A DNA stretch of 64,000 bases from Octopus vulgaris (taxonomy: Eukaryota), in NCBI GenBank assembly GCA_951406725.2, contig OX597819.1:94488001-94552000 (forward strand), read 5' to 3'. Under the pieces are notes generated by a model. It was not told where the DNA came from. It saw only the letters and a list, made by a program, of their open reading frames with translations, and made no database searches. Position 1 is the stretch's first letter; the number at the start of each line of letters is the position of its first letter. Positions 1-13,361 of this stretch are shown here, piece after piece. The position numbers and the translations under genes were made by a program.

Positions 1-346
1 AGTCAACAAAATATAGGATTGACAGATATATAAATATGAGTGAGAGAGGTTTAAATAGAAATATTAAATTGATTTCATCTTCCTAAGCACATTTTATGTA
101 AATTGCTAATTCTTCTTTTAAATTTGTAATGCACTGAGATTGAGATTTTTTTCCAGAATAACTGCATAATTTAAAGTTACCAATCACAGTCATAGCTGTG
201 TGGTTGAGAAGCTTGTTTTCTTGGGTTCCAGTCCCACTGGGCAAGTGTCTTCAACTATTGTTATATTTATTAATTGGTTCAGCCCCAGGCTGACCAAAGC
301 CTTGTGAGTGGAATTGGTAGATAGAAACTGAAAGAAACTTACTCTG

Positions 347-389
<43 letters not shown>

Positions 390-552
390 GTGTGTCTGTC
401 TGTGTTATATTTATCTCCCACCACTGTTTGGCAACTGGTGTTGGTTTCTTTACATCCCCATAACTTAGCAGTTTAGGAAAAGAAACCAATAGAATAATTG
501 TCAGGCTTAAAAAATAAAAACTGCCGTTAATTTGTTCAACTAAGCTCTTTAA

Positions 553-1625
553 CCCTTTCGTTACCAAACCGCCCGAAACCACCCGAAAAATAATTTTGGT
601 TAATGTGACCAAACCGCCCAAAGCCGCCTGTATTTACCTATTCATATTTAAATGAGAATATCAGAGCAAATCTCTTTAGTACATTCGTGAAAATACGTAT
701 TATACTTCGTAAAGAGTTCAACTACAGTTTTGTACAAAAATCGAAGTGTAATTTTAATTCCATGAATTTTGGGAGATTTTTTTCCAAAATTTGTTCCTAT
801 TGTGTTTTCAAAATTTGTAATTCTGACAAAAAATGGATACAAATTTCATTATATCAAGCAGCGAGTCAGAATTCGAAGGATTTTCTACTGAAGACCTTCA
901 TAAATCTAACTCTATGACTGAAAAAAAAAAGCATGTGGTATTTGATAATGAATCTGATGTTTCATTTTCCAAAAGTGAAAACAGTGAATCCGAGAGCTCC
1001 GACAGCAATAAAGAAAATGAATTGGCACCTGAATGGAGTGAAAATTTAAAAACTGTTTCTTTCAGTGATTTTTCTGAAGAAACTGGACCAAGCCACAGAC
1101 TTTCCCAGAAGAGTAAAGCCTTAGACTATTTCTTTTTACTTTTTCGAATGAGCCTATTTGAAATCATTACGGCAGAAACGAACTGTTATGCTAAATGTAA
1201 ACAAAACGAAAGAAAGTGGTTTCCCATAACCTTAAATGAAATTAAGACTATTTTGCCATAAATATTATTATGGGTATCAGAAAGTTACCCAGAATAACAA
1301 ATTCTATCGTAAAATTTTGTTGTATACCCAATTGAATATTAGCTAATAACCCATTTTCTATAGCGATGTTTGAACAAAATTTTAATAATTTTATATTTTG
1401 TTGAATTTACCTGTATCTACCTGCAATTAGAGTCACTTTGTGACAAAAATTATAGTATAGAATTGGTTGAGAACATTTCATTAAATTATCTTCCAAAATT
1501 CACGTTACTATATTGATAAATAAAAAAAGTTGTTTAATGAAACCAGACTAAATTTATGATTATGTGAGAAATTAATTGAAACACATAAGAGGTGTATTTT
1601 GGTCAGAAATATAGTAGCGAAAGGG
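553..1625 (+). mobile_element. Internally deleted piggyBac-like DNA transposon, inserted in a SINE
   Basis: TTAA flanks at 549-552 and 1626-1629. TIRs CCCTTTCGTTAC / GTAGCGAAAGGG. ORF 833-1261 has an acidic Ser-rich N-terminus, then FSEETGP..LDYFFLLF..IITAETNCYA..WFPITLNEIK, and frameshifts into IIMGIRKLP, like a piggyBac transposase N-terminus. Confidence 0.85.
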
Positions 1626-2392
1626 TTAAGGCAGTGCCCAATTGGCCACAGTCCAGTGTCAGAAAAAAGTGAAACATAAAAGATAACTGCAAACTGTCAA
1701 AATATTTTGTCAAATATGTATTCAAATCAAAGCCATTTTTTCTGATTGATCAAGTGTTTATTTCATCAATACAGGATGAATATAAGGCTTAATTGACCTG
1801 CACAAGATTTGAACCACAGAACTATAAGCTCAAAAATTGTTATCTTACTTAGCTTATATGAAAAATAAGTGCTGCGACAGCTATACCTATTCAACTATTT
1901 CTCCATATTTATGTTTCTGCAAACAAACTATAAATATAACAATAGTCGAATGCATTTATAACCTTAAAAATCACTTGATTCTATGGTGAAGTTTAGACTT
2001 TAGAACAATACATTGTCAGTTAAACATGTGGTTGATGGATGCACTTAGGAAGCTGATATCAATTTAATATTTCTATTTAAACCCCTCTCACTCATATTTA
2101 TGTATCTGTCAATCCTATATTTTGTTGACTCTTCTGTGGTATGTAGGCAGAATTTCACTTTATGATCAAAGTGCAGTCAATCACCTGATTTCTAGGACCT
2201 TGCACTACATGGTAATTTTATGATTTCAAGTGTAATTCAACACCAACATAACAAGTCTCTGATAATATTCTACATTAGCTTGATAATGTTTATAATGAAC
2301 TTAACTTTGTTTTCCCAACATTATTCCCAAGTTATCATCATCATGATCATTATTTAAGGTTAATAGGAAAAAATAGCTTTTGTGTGTGAAAA

Positions 2393-3390
2393 ATGCACAC
2401 CAAAAATATACAAAAAATAGACTCCATTAACTACCAGAGGAGAAAGCAAGAGGTAGTAGATACCTTCTGTTATCTAGGTGACCAAATTAGTAGTGGAGGT
2501 GGATGCTCCATGGGTGTAGCTACTAGAATAAGAATTGGCTGGGAAAAGTTCAGAGAGCTCCTACCTCTGCTGGCAACAAAGGGCCTCTCTCTCAGAGTGA
2601 AAGGCAGATTGTATGATGCATGTGTGCAAACAGCTAAGTACCTGCATAGGCTTGAATGAAATGAAGCCAGTGTGCTTTGCTAGATGTGCAATGTCAATGT
2701 GCACATACAACAATGTAAGCATCTTGAGAGAAAAGTTGAGCATAAGAGGCACCAGATGTGATGTGCAAAAGAGACGACTGCACTGTTATGGTCATGTGAT
2801 GCATATGGACAAGGACAGCTGTGTAAAGAAGTACCAAACTCTAGAGGGAACCTGTGGTAGACCCAGGAAGACATCGGATGAAGTGGTGAAGCATGATCTT
2901 CAAACTTTGGGCCCCACAGTGGCAATGACTAGTGACTGAGACCTTTGGCGATATGCTGTGCATGAGAAGGCCCATCAAGCCAGGTGAAATCATAGTTGTG
3001 GCCGATGCTGGTGTCACATTACTGGCACGTAAAAAGCACCTCTTAAGTGTAGGGCTTCATGGAAGCAAAGCAGCCTATGCCAATGGTGGCATGTGAAAAG
3101 CACCTTTCAAGTAATTAGCCTCACATTGGCAATGACGAATGACCAAAACCTTTGGCATTTTGCCATGCTTGAGAAGAAGACCCATCAAACCAAGTAAAAT
3201 CACAGTCATGGCAGGTACTGGTATCATGCAAATAGCATGTAAAAGCACCCATTACACTCTCTGAGTGGTTGGCTTTAGGAAGGACATCTAGCCGTAGAGA
3301 TCATGCCAAATTAGACTGGAGTCTGATGCTGCCTTCCAGCTTGCCAACCCTCACTAGCATGGACAAGAGATGTTAAATGATGATGATGAT
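2393..3390 (+). mobile_element. 5'-truncated RTE-clade LINE remnant with 3' tail
   Basis: EVVDTFCYLGDQISSGGGC..RIRIGWEKFRELLPLL..KGRLYDACV and RRLHCYGHVMHM..GRPRKT are RTE ORF C-terminal motifs. It ends in the TTAAATGATGATGATG tail shared with the abundant short elements. Confidence 0.8.
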
Positions 3391-3949
3391 GATAATGAAC
3401 ATTCCAATATCACACTACCTATATGTGTGCATGCTTCCCAAGATGCATTGTTGCATTCTTGATATTTTTTTTTGTGGCGGGGAAATGCACAGGCATAACC
3501 ATGTACTTCAAAGGCTTGCTTCTCAACCTTGGTCCTTGGGATCAGTCCTTTTGTGTTGTACCTCAGGCAAGTGTCACCTGTAACCCTAGACTCAGCCAAA
3601 GCCTTGTGAGTAAATTTGGTAGACAGAAACTGAAATCAGCCTGTTGTATGTGCATATATGTGAGTACATACATACCCTTGTCTTGACGTCATACGATGGT
3701 TGTAGTTGAGCATCTTCATGCAAGTGATGTTCGTTTCTGCTCTTCTGTGAAAAGAACATCTGGATTTTAGGAAATATTACCTTTGAAAACAGGTGAGGCT
3801 TGGCAACTGGAATGGCATCTGGTCAAAGGAAATCTTGCTCAGCAAATTCATATAACCCATGCAAACATGGAAAAGTGGATGTTAAATGAAGTAATGATTT
3901 TGAAGATATGAATATGTGTGATGTTAGTAGATGTGTGTGTGCTTAAGGC

Positions 3950-3983
<34 letters not shown>

Positions 3984-4180
3984 TAAATCCAAAAAAATAA
4001 GAACAACAAACAAAAAACACAACAGTGCAAAGATGTGGTACATGTAAAGTATTAGCAGATGCTCGGGGAAGGAAAGAAAAGTGGTTTAACATTTCGAGCA
4101 ATGCTCTTCTTCAGAAATAGAGGAAAGTCCAATAGAAAGGAAGACGGAAGAAGAAAATTGCCAACGATTCACGTGTGGTT

Positions 4181-4211
<31 letters not shown>

Positions 4212-5234
4212 ATGTATTTGCTTGCTAAAATGTGTACACAGTATATACATGTGGGTGTGAGTGCATAAACACATACCTAAAGCATGCACTGACGTGAAAG
4301 GCTGGAGATATGTATAGATGTATGTGTGTATTATCACCTGTATATATATATATCATCATCATCATCCAGTGTTTTGTCCCCATTAATGAGGGTGGCTGGA
4401 TCTGCCTCAATGCCATAGCAGCCGAGGTAGGCAGGTGCAGCTCATGTGTATATGAGCAGTATCAAGGACATGTTTGTTTGTGTGGGCTTATGCTCTTATA
4501 TTATTTTTTATGTGTATAATATGTGTTAGTGAATAAGCAGCTAAGTCAGTATACATGTCATGCTTGTAAATTACACATACACACATACTAGAAGGGTAGA
4601 AAGGTACCTAGTGTTGCCTAAGAAATAGAGCACGTGGTTGGTGGAGAACTGCTTGAATGAAAATCAATGCAGTTCTGCATAAATTTATTTCATTCACAAT
4701 GTTTATGCTATTTGTAACAGGTTTCTTCTTTGAAATATTATTTGCATAACAATTCACTAGGAAAGAAAATAACACAAAGGCATTACAGCTGTGACACATG
4801 GAAAAATATGTATTTAATATATAAGATATTTATAAAATATGCAGCAGAGCTTTTTTTTAATTTCTTCAAATTTAAACTTTGAAGATTATGATTCTGCAAA
4901 CAAATATTTGTATAAATTCACTGTTTTCAATCACTTCCTCTTTATTTAACACAGACTCTAATTTTTTTTACTTGTGAAATAGTAATCTATACTTGAAACA
5001 TGTAATTGATGTTGTGAGAGAGAGAGAGAGTTTGTGTATAGGGTGCGGGTGTCACTGTGTGATAAGAAGTTTGCTTTCCAACCACATGGTTCCAGGTTTA
5101 GTCCCACTGTGTGATGCCTTGAGCCAGTATCTTCTACCATAGCCTTGGGCCGACCAAAGCCTTGCAAGTAGATTTGATACATGGAAACTGAAAGAAGCTT
5201 GTGTGTATGTATATATATATATATATATATATAT

Positions 5235-5329
5235 AGTAATACTAAGTAATTAAGGGTTTAGCAACGAATTGCCTCACCAACACACCGTGAGGCAATTCGT
5301 TGCTAAACCCTTAATTACTTAGTATTACT
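5235..5329. repeat. Perfect inverted repeat, 43-bp arms, 9-nt loop
   Basis: AGTAATACTAAGTAATTAAGGGTTTAGCAACGAATTGCCTCAC-caacacacc, followed by its exact reverse complement. Confidence 0.95.
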
Positions 5330-6056
5330 TAAATTTTCCTCGAATGGGGCTTTTACATGCCGAAATCTACTTGGTGTAATTGATAATTATCCCTAATTAA
5401 TTAATTTCACCCTTTATTATTACTGATATATATATATATATGTATGTATGTATGTATATGTGTGTGTGTGTGTGTCTTTGTGTCTGTGTTCCCCACCACC
5501 ACCACTTGACACCTAGTGTATGGTGTGTTTATGTCCCCATAACTTTGTGGTTTGGCAAAAGAGGCCAATAGAATAAGCACCAGGCTTGAAAAAAAGTACT
5601 GGGGCTGATTTTTCCGACTAAAATTCTTCAAGCCTGTGCCCCAGCATGGCCGCAGTCTAATGATTGAAACAAATAAAAGATTAGAGATATACTGTTATCA
5701 TCATCATCCTCATCATCATTTGATTGTATTGAAGATGAACATTTAATGCCCATCTTCAATACTGGCATAGGTCAGATGGTTTGACAAGATCTAATGGGTT
5801 TTGAGGACTGCTCCAATGTCTGCTTTAGCAAGGTTGCAAGGTTTCTATGACTGGATGCCCTTCTTACTAACACTTTACAAAATATATCGCTGACTCTTTC
5901 CTCCTGCATCTTGCAGCTCACCTGCGATGGACCAGCGTCCCATCCAGGTGGGGAACTTATATGCCAAGGAAACCAGCCCTATGAGCCCGGCGTGGCTCGA
6001 GAAGGAACAAACAATGTATATGAGAGCTGATAAGCTGGCAGGCAATGCTTTACCAA

Positions 6057-6182
6057 TTGTCCAATGCTTTACCAATTCTGTCAATCTACAGCTCTATACA
6101 CACATACACACACACATACGTACGTGTGTGTGTATGTGTGTATAGAGCTGTAGATTGACAGAATTGGTAAAGCATTGGACAA
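6057..6182. repeat. Near-perfect palindrome, 59-bp arms
   Basis: TTGTCCAATGCTTTACCAATTCTGTCAATCTACAGCTCTATACACACAT.. is mirrored across ATACGTAC. Confidence 0.95.
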
Positions 6183-7939
6183 AATGTCCTTTATGTTCTG
6201 AGTTCAAATCCCACTTAAGGCAACTTTGCTTTCCATCCCTCTGAAATTGATAAAGCAAGTACTAGTCAAATACTAGGGGGTCAATACTAATGACTATACT
6301 CCATCTCAAATTTTAGACCTTGTGATTATGTCAGAAATATTTATGTTGTTAATAACAAAGAGACTAAGACAGTGAAGTTGGCAGAATTGTTAGCATGCTG
6401 GGCAAAATGCTTAGCAAATTCTGCTGAGGTCAACTCTCTCTTTCATCCTTTTGAGGGTGGGGTTGATAAAATAAGTACCAGTTAAACCTTGGAGTTGATC
6501 TTATCGACTTATCCCCGCCACTGAAATTGCTGGCCTAGTGCCAAAATTTGAAACCCATATATATAAGAGATTGCATTTGACTTGTAGGTATTTGAGAAGC
6601 CAACATTTCATATCTTGTCCTTAGCATTGTGTTATATCCATGGCCAAATGGATCAGTCCAACAAGCTGCAACTATATATATATATATATATCATAAAGTG
6701 GCAACCACTCTTTACCCTGAACAATATCAGCACTGTTGATGTGATGCAAGATTTGTTAACTTACTCCAGTACTGAGTTCAAATTTCTTCCTCTGAGTAAA
6801 GTTAGCCATGAAGGATTAGCTTCCTATCCCAGTGAGTAGATGGCATTTGTTTTTCATTCACTTACGAAATATAAGGATAAACATGAAATCATGACTCATT
6901 GTGAAGGAGTGTAAGATTACCTTTTAATATTTTTATATATTGTATAGAGTGGGTTGATAAACAAACAGACAGTGTAAGGGTTAAGTGAGGCCTTTTGTAT
7001 TGCTGAGGGCTTGATGACATCTCTTGTATTAGTGCCACAATAAAATGCACTCAGTACACTAAGTAAAGTAGTTTGTATTAGGATTGGCATCCGGCACTAG
7101 AAACCATGTCAAAAATAGAGTATGAATGTGAGATGGTCCCAAACCTTTTTAAGAAGGCAGTAATTCCAAATAAGAGCTGAGCTGACCTGAACTTTGACAA
7201 CCCCTACAAGCTATGTTACCATTGAAATTGAGCGTAAAATAATAATGATGATGTTGATGGTGGGTAGTGAAGAAGTCATAAATCACTGTTAATAATGAAT
7301 GTAACAATGCCATTATTAATTTCTTTGTTTATTTTTAAATTAGTTTTTCTTTTAAGCATGTTATATCATCATCATTATTTAACATCCACCTTCCATGCTG
7401 GCATGGGTGGGAAGGTTTGACAAGAGCCGGCCAGGCAGAAGTCTGCATCAGACTTCTGTAACTGTTTTGGCAAGATTTTTACAGCTGGATGCCCTTCCTA
7501 ACACCAACTACTAAGCAGAGTGGACTTAGTGTTTTTTACATGATGCAAGCACAAGCGAGGTCAGTTTTGACAAGGTTTTTATACTTGGATGTCCTTCCAA
7601 ATGCCAATCACTTTACAGTGTGGACTGGGTGCTTTTAAGTAGCACCTGCACTGACAGGGTCACCAAGTACTTGCAAGACAAAAAAAAACCTCTTTTGAGA
7701 GGGGAGGGGATATTGGAGGAAGTGCTTTTGTGTCAGATGATGAAAGGTTATAGTGAGGCAGAGAGACAGAATCAAGTTTCTTGCTATAGAGGAGGTACAA
7801 GGTTACCTGGCTGAGAGAGAGAGAGAGAGACTCTATATATAGAGTCTTAGGGGCTAATTATATATTAGTCATGTCAGCTTGTACATATTTTCTTTTCCTA
7901 TTTTTCTTTGTTTTATCTTATCTTATCTTCTAATTTTAG

Positions 7940-8117
7940 ATTGTTGATTCAATTCATCTCTAAGAGAAGTGCATTCACATGGCAAGGATTTTTATATGCA
8001 TCACTCTTATTAATTTCTGCAACCTTACAATCAATAGTTTTGCATCAATACTTCCACAACTGCTTAGTAGTTGGCATGAAGCTAAGAACTACTATTACTT
8101 CTGCTGTATATTGCAAG
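7940..8117 (+). CDS. ABCC1: ABCC1/MRP1-like transporter, TMD1 exon (178 nt)
   Basis: Acceptor ttttag|A. Translates LLIQFISKRSAFTWQGFLYASLLLISATLQSIVLHQYFHNCLVVGMKLRTTITSAVYCK, with the MRP-type LHQYFH..GM.R..AVY.K motif. Donor is AAG|GCAAGT (GC-AG intron). The symbol means ABCC1/2/3-type homolog; strict orthology was not tested. Confidence 0.92.
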
Positions 8118-8295
8118 GCAAGTAAATTGTTATCCATGTATGCTATTTTTTTCCCTTTTACTGCTTTCAACCAGAGATTGTGACCCTGCTGGGACACCAA
8201 CTATATATATTTAAATATTTAAGGGGTTTCTCATGAGTAAATTTATATTATAAACAAACAGAAGAAAATGCTTTGAGAAATTTATCATGGATGTA

Positions 8296-8498
8296 AGGGA
8301 GTGCTGAAAAGTTCCTGGCTTTAAAGGTATCGCGAAAGGTCTGGTTGGAAGCCCAACTTTTACAGGACTTAGAAAAACTGAAGGACCACTGCGATAAGTG
8401 TGTGAATCTGAGAGGGAATATGTTGAATAAACTCATAATTAACTGATCTTCCTATATTTTCTTTTATCCAAAACCAGGAACTTTTCAGTACCCCCTCA
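8296..8498. mobile_element. Mariner-type MITE (second copy, inverted, at about 25092-25306)
   Basis: TIR-like GTGCTGAAAAGTTCCTGG / CCAGGAACTTTTCAGTAC with TA flanks. The internal sequence is shared, in reverse, with the 25.1 kb copy. Confidence 0.75.
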
Positions 8499-11084
8499 TA
8501 CATTTTTATCAAAATATGCAACTGATTTCAAGTGTTTTAAGTCAGTTTAGTCCTGCTGTGAGAGAAGGCAAAATGAATTAAATTAATCTTTCATGATATC
8601 TGTTTTGAAAGTTCACATTTTTCTTCAAAAATTCACATGATGTTGGTTTCCTTCTGGTTGCTGCTGGGTCATAATATTAGTTGTAACAGTTTTAGCAGCA
8701 GCAGCTGACTTTTGTTACTTACTGGTAGCATTGGTATCGAGAGCTGGCTATTAACAGTGGGAGAACTGGCTCTTAGCAGTAGCAATGGTAGTGGACATAG
8801 TAGAAGTGACTGTATCAGGTTCATTAGTAGAAGTAGCAGTAGTTGTAATAGTAGTAGTGGAAATGGTAAAATAATGTAGATATAATGGTAGTGGTTTGTT
8901 CCTTGCCTTCAGTAGCAAGAGTAGTGACCATACCAGCAGTAGTGCTGTAGTATTGGAAGTTGTGCTTTCTCACCCACAGTGTCAGTATTTGGTTATGAAA
9001 GTTGTTTCATTGTTGATGTCTTGTCATTGGAATGTGCCATCAGCAAATTGTTATAAAAGGAAGATCATAAAATTTAGTTGCTTCCTACAGGTGTATGTGA
9101 CAATATGTTCAATAAATTCTATTTGACGGTATACCAGTATTCTAATTTGGGATCTATGCAGAGTCATGCATTGTCTTAAGGACATCTTAGTTTGTCCTAT
9201 GTAGTTTTATTACATCCTGAATATGTAATTGTATTGATCAAATTTTCAGATGCACAGATAGTTATTTTTAATTATAAAGAATTGCCTTTATTTAAAATAG
9301 ATCTCCAATCCTTCTGACAGATTTAAACATATACCACCATTGAATCTTCTGTATTCTTTTTACTGTTGGTTTTGTTATTGTGTTATACCTTTGTATTTTT
9401 TTCCATTGACTTGAGCTGTCTTTTGCTTTTTATGATAGTATGAGTTTGAAGGACTTGGTCATTATGTTTTGAAATATGATGCTGTAGGCCTTGCTTTTAG
9501 GATTGCAGGTGGAAATATGAGGTAAAATTTTTAATTCTTTGGTGGTAGGAAGGGTATTTAGCCATAGAAACCAAGCCAAGAGACTATTGAACCCAGTGCA
9601 GACCCTGCCTTACCAGTTCCTGTCAAGCCATCCAACCTATGCCAGTATGGAAAATGGACATGAAATGATGATGATGATGATATTTTAATTTCTTTGTTTT
9701 GTTAGGATGTTGCTTTTTACGGCTCATTCTGTTCTATTATCAATTAAGTGAATAATTACTGTCTAAATGTGTACCCTTAAGTACTTGAAGTCTTATGTCT
9801 GGATGTTTTCATTGGATACAATTGTGCAGACCCATTTGGCTAGGTTATAAGTAACATTTACTCAGGTGTGCTTTGGATGGCACAGGTGGAAAACATTTGT
9901 TTATAGAATATGGCTCTCTTTATTTGGTTGTTGACTTCTTTTATTAGGATGTCTATATCTTGGCTATATTCCATGGTAAATTGTGTATCTTTCTTAATTT
10001 TGAATTCTTTCAATTTCTCTATACTTTCATTCCACAGAATGAACCTATTGTTGAGGTATCTTTTCCAGCTTTCTTCTCCCAGCCATTCTCATTTTGTAAA
10101 CAAAAATTATGAACGTAGAAATAAATTATACATTAATCCCTATTTTTGAAAGAAGTTGTATCTGTAAAAATTTCATCTGAAGAGAGCAGAAATTGAAAGA
10201 GAAAACAAAAAGAACAGAGAAAGAAAGTGAAAGATGTATGTACATCTATATGAAATGGACGTGTGTGTGTGTGCATGCATGCATGCTTGCGCATGTGTAT
10301 GTGAGAGAGAAAGAGTGAGTGAGTGAAGGTGTGTGTCGTGATGAGTGATATCTTTTAAGGTACACACACATATAGAAAATGTGACATCATCGTATAAAAT
10401 TTTTACAATAGTTGATTTACGGAAAAGATTATGTTAAATTTTTGAAATACAAATATGTGAATGGAAATTAAGTTTAATTTGTAGCCAAAATAGTACTGAA
10501 TCTTTTGATACCCCATATGTCAAAATCTGTAACTCAGTTTTGGAAAGCATAAGGAATATATAATATATAGGACAGTATTTCACGTTGCAATACAGACGTA
10601 ATACTGAAATAGTGTAAGAGATAACAAATTGCTCTGGGCTCGCATCAGGCAAGAAGTTGGAAATTTTTTTTCCCATGACACTGCATGGACCTTGGCTTTT
10701 GTATTTGACGCCTGTTGCTTTAAGTATTTTATTTGAGGGAGAGGAAAGAAGAGAGCCAGCATAGTGACAGTTTTGGCTGGCTGTCATCCTGTACTCCCCT
10801 TGTTGCTAGCAAAATGGTATGTGCCAACTGTCTGAGCAACTGGTTGTTTTAATGGCGGAACAAATAGGACATAAAGATTACAAAAATAGTGATTCTCACT
10901 TTGAAACTAACAATTTTGAAAATCTTTTTAGATTACGGAACACCCCGCTCTCTCATCTATCCAAGTTTAAAATTTCAGCGGGATTGGATGAACAATACTC
11001 AAGTTATAAGCACACAGACAGACAGATAGAACAGATTTTATACATTAAGATAATATATATATCTCTTTTTCCATTTATTTATAG

Positions 11085-11339
11085 AGCCTTACATTATCAA
11101 ATTCTGCACGCAAAACTTCAACTGTTGGAGAAATCGTCAATTTGATGTCAATCGATGCCCAGAAGTTCCAAGATCTCATGACCTACGTTAACACTATCTG
11201 GTCTGGTCCTCTACAAATTATGATTGCTCTTTACTTCCTCTGGCTTACCTTAGGACCATCCATATTTGTTGGAGTTGGCATTTTAGTATTTTTTATTGGA
11301 ATGAACATGTTTATCTTAAATGCAAAGAGTGTGTTACAG
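11085..11339 (+). CDS. ABCC1: ABCC1-like exon, TMD1 (255 nt)
   Basis: atag|AGC..CAG|gtgagc. Translates SLTLSNSARKTSTVGEIVNLMSIDAQKFQDLMTYVNTIWSGPLQIMIALYFLWLTLGPS...VLQ, with the hallmark TVGEIVNLMS.DAQ motif. Confidence 0.95.
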
Positions 11340-12923
11340 GTGAGCCTTGTTTTATTTTAATTTTTATACATTTTTTAAAGTTTTGGTTTAAATTAAAAAA
11401 ATTTTTCTATATCTAGAAGATATTTTAGAAGCAATATTTTAATTTTTGGGGAAGAACTTTCAAAGAAGAGATAAGCTACATATATGCTTAACCCAGCGAG
11501 GTCCTTCCTTACTTTATTTAATCCCTTCACTCTCTATGAAGCATAGGCTATTGACAAATTTCTCCCATTATGTTCTCAACTTTTGACTGTCTTTTCTGCT
11601 TCTCTCCAATTGGATCCTTGCTTTTCCAGCTATGCCTCAGTGTCTTGCCACCAGCTGTTTTTAGGGCATCCTCTTTTCTACCTCCAGTGAGGGTCACAGG
11701 TCAGGATTTGTCATGTTTCCCTAAGGAAAAGCCCTCCTCTCCCAGCTCATGTTGATTTTGAGTTGTCATTGATGTTTCTGTAACTTTGCCTCTTCTAGGC
11801 AGGAATGTTGGTCCAATGTGAATCCATTTATACCTCTGGGAAGAAGTGGTCCATATTAGTCCGGCCTCTACCCTTTGACTTTTCCAATATGGAAGGCCCT
11901 ACCAAGAGCCTGTACCCTGCTGGCATAGCTCTCAGAGTCATTGTGGTACATAAGTCTCCACACCACAAAAAGGACTGGATCTTGTGGTGGGAAGTCTTTA
12001 AGGATGTATCATTTAATTTATGCTATTGTTTACTATATGAATGTCACAAATATCACAATCTAGTAAGGGAGCTCAAATTATTAGAAATAACAGCCAAATC
12101 GTTTTCAAACAACCCTTTCAAAAGAAGACATTAGAAAATGTAGATCTCGAATACACTATACTTGATAGTAGGATAGGATGGTCATGGATGAAACACCTTT
12201 AGTCAATCGTCTGACTTCAGTTTAAACAACATAAACACATTTTATCTTCCATATTTTCCCTAGGTTCATTAAAAGAGTTGAGCAAAATCAACGTATTATT
12301 TTTTTTTTATTTATTGCTTTTTTTGTGATTATTTTATAGTTAAAGAAAGTTACTCTCAAACCCTCCTTCGTTTTCCTTCTTCTGCTATTTAATTTTATAA
12401 ACATTGTCACCTGATAAATAACTTAATGCTGCTTGTGAACCATGAGTAGATTTCTTCTGTTGCAGTTTCTGTAATCAACTCAATGTTTACATGGGTAAGT
12501 GATTAGCCTTCCACCCAACCCCTAATCCTGATGGACCAGACCAATGAATCTGGACCTCTGGTAGTGTGAAACCCTATGGCTTAGTAGGTGGAGGCTAACT
12601 TTTGAGACAGTTCCAGTTCACCTGAGATCCTACCTGCTCTGATGAGTCTGTTGCCATATGGTCTATGACTGCTTATTTGCCAAGTGGCCCCGATATAGGT
12701 CCCACCTTATTTTGCAACTACCCACATACTTGTGGCCCATCCCATAAAGGACTAAGTAGGGTTCATTAGAACATTAGCCATCATAGTGAATAATATATTT
12801 CCATTTTGGAAATCTGTTTTTATTTTCCTTGTTGATGATAAACACTCAACAACACACAAGTATCACAAGTTCCTCTTTCTACTCAAATAAAAATAAAATA
12901 ACATTATTATTAGATTTAATCCA

Positions 12924-13138
12924 GACTGAGGGCTGGCGAACCAGGTGGCTGCACCAGGCTTCAATCTTGATCTGGCAGAGTTTCTACAGCTGGATGCTCT
13001 TCCTAACACCAACCACTCTAAGAGTGCACCCACTACACTCTCGGAGTGGTTGGCATTAGGAAGGGCATCCAGCTGTAGAAACTCTGCCAGATCAAGATTG
13101 AAGCCTGGTGCAGCCATCTGGTTCGCCAGCCCTCAGTC
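12924..13138. repeat. Foldback (inverted) pair of the (GAT)n-tailed element core
   Basis: Arms of about 95 bp with few mismatches. It produces the mirror-image ORFs 12863-13117(-) and 12945-13184(+). Confidence 0.9.
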
Positions 13139-13264
13139 ATTCGTCCAACCCATGCTAGCATGGAAAGTGGATGTTAAACGATGAAGATGATGTTATGTAA
13201 GAAAGTCACTTTCCATCTACTGCTGATATAAACTAAAATTGAGTTTGTTTGATTTTTTTTGTAG

Positions 13265-13330
13265 ATGAAGCAAATGAAATTAAAAGATTCCAGGATTAAA
13301 ATGATGAATGAAATTCTCAATGGTATAAAG
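13265..13330 (+). CDS. ABCC1: ABCC1-like exon (66 nt)
   Basis: gtag|ATG..AAG|gtaaca. Translates MKQMKLKDSRIKMMNEILNGIK. Confidence 0.95.
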
Positions 13331-13361
13331 GTAACAGAAGACTGTTGTTCTGTGTCATTTT

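Noticed and set aside
1-7939. Upstream ABCC exons (TMD0/L0) or promoter
   Set aside because: No MRP-like coding segment was recognised. The region appears to be one repeat-filled intron whose upstream exon lies outside the window.
12863-13184. Recurrent ORFs containing FLQLDALPNANHS or WLALGRASSCRN
   Set aside because: They are translations of the same dispersed repeat on either strand, not a protein family.
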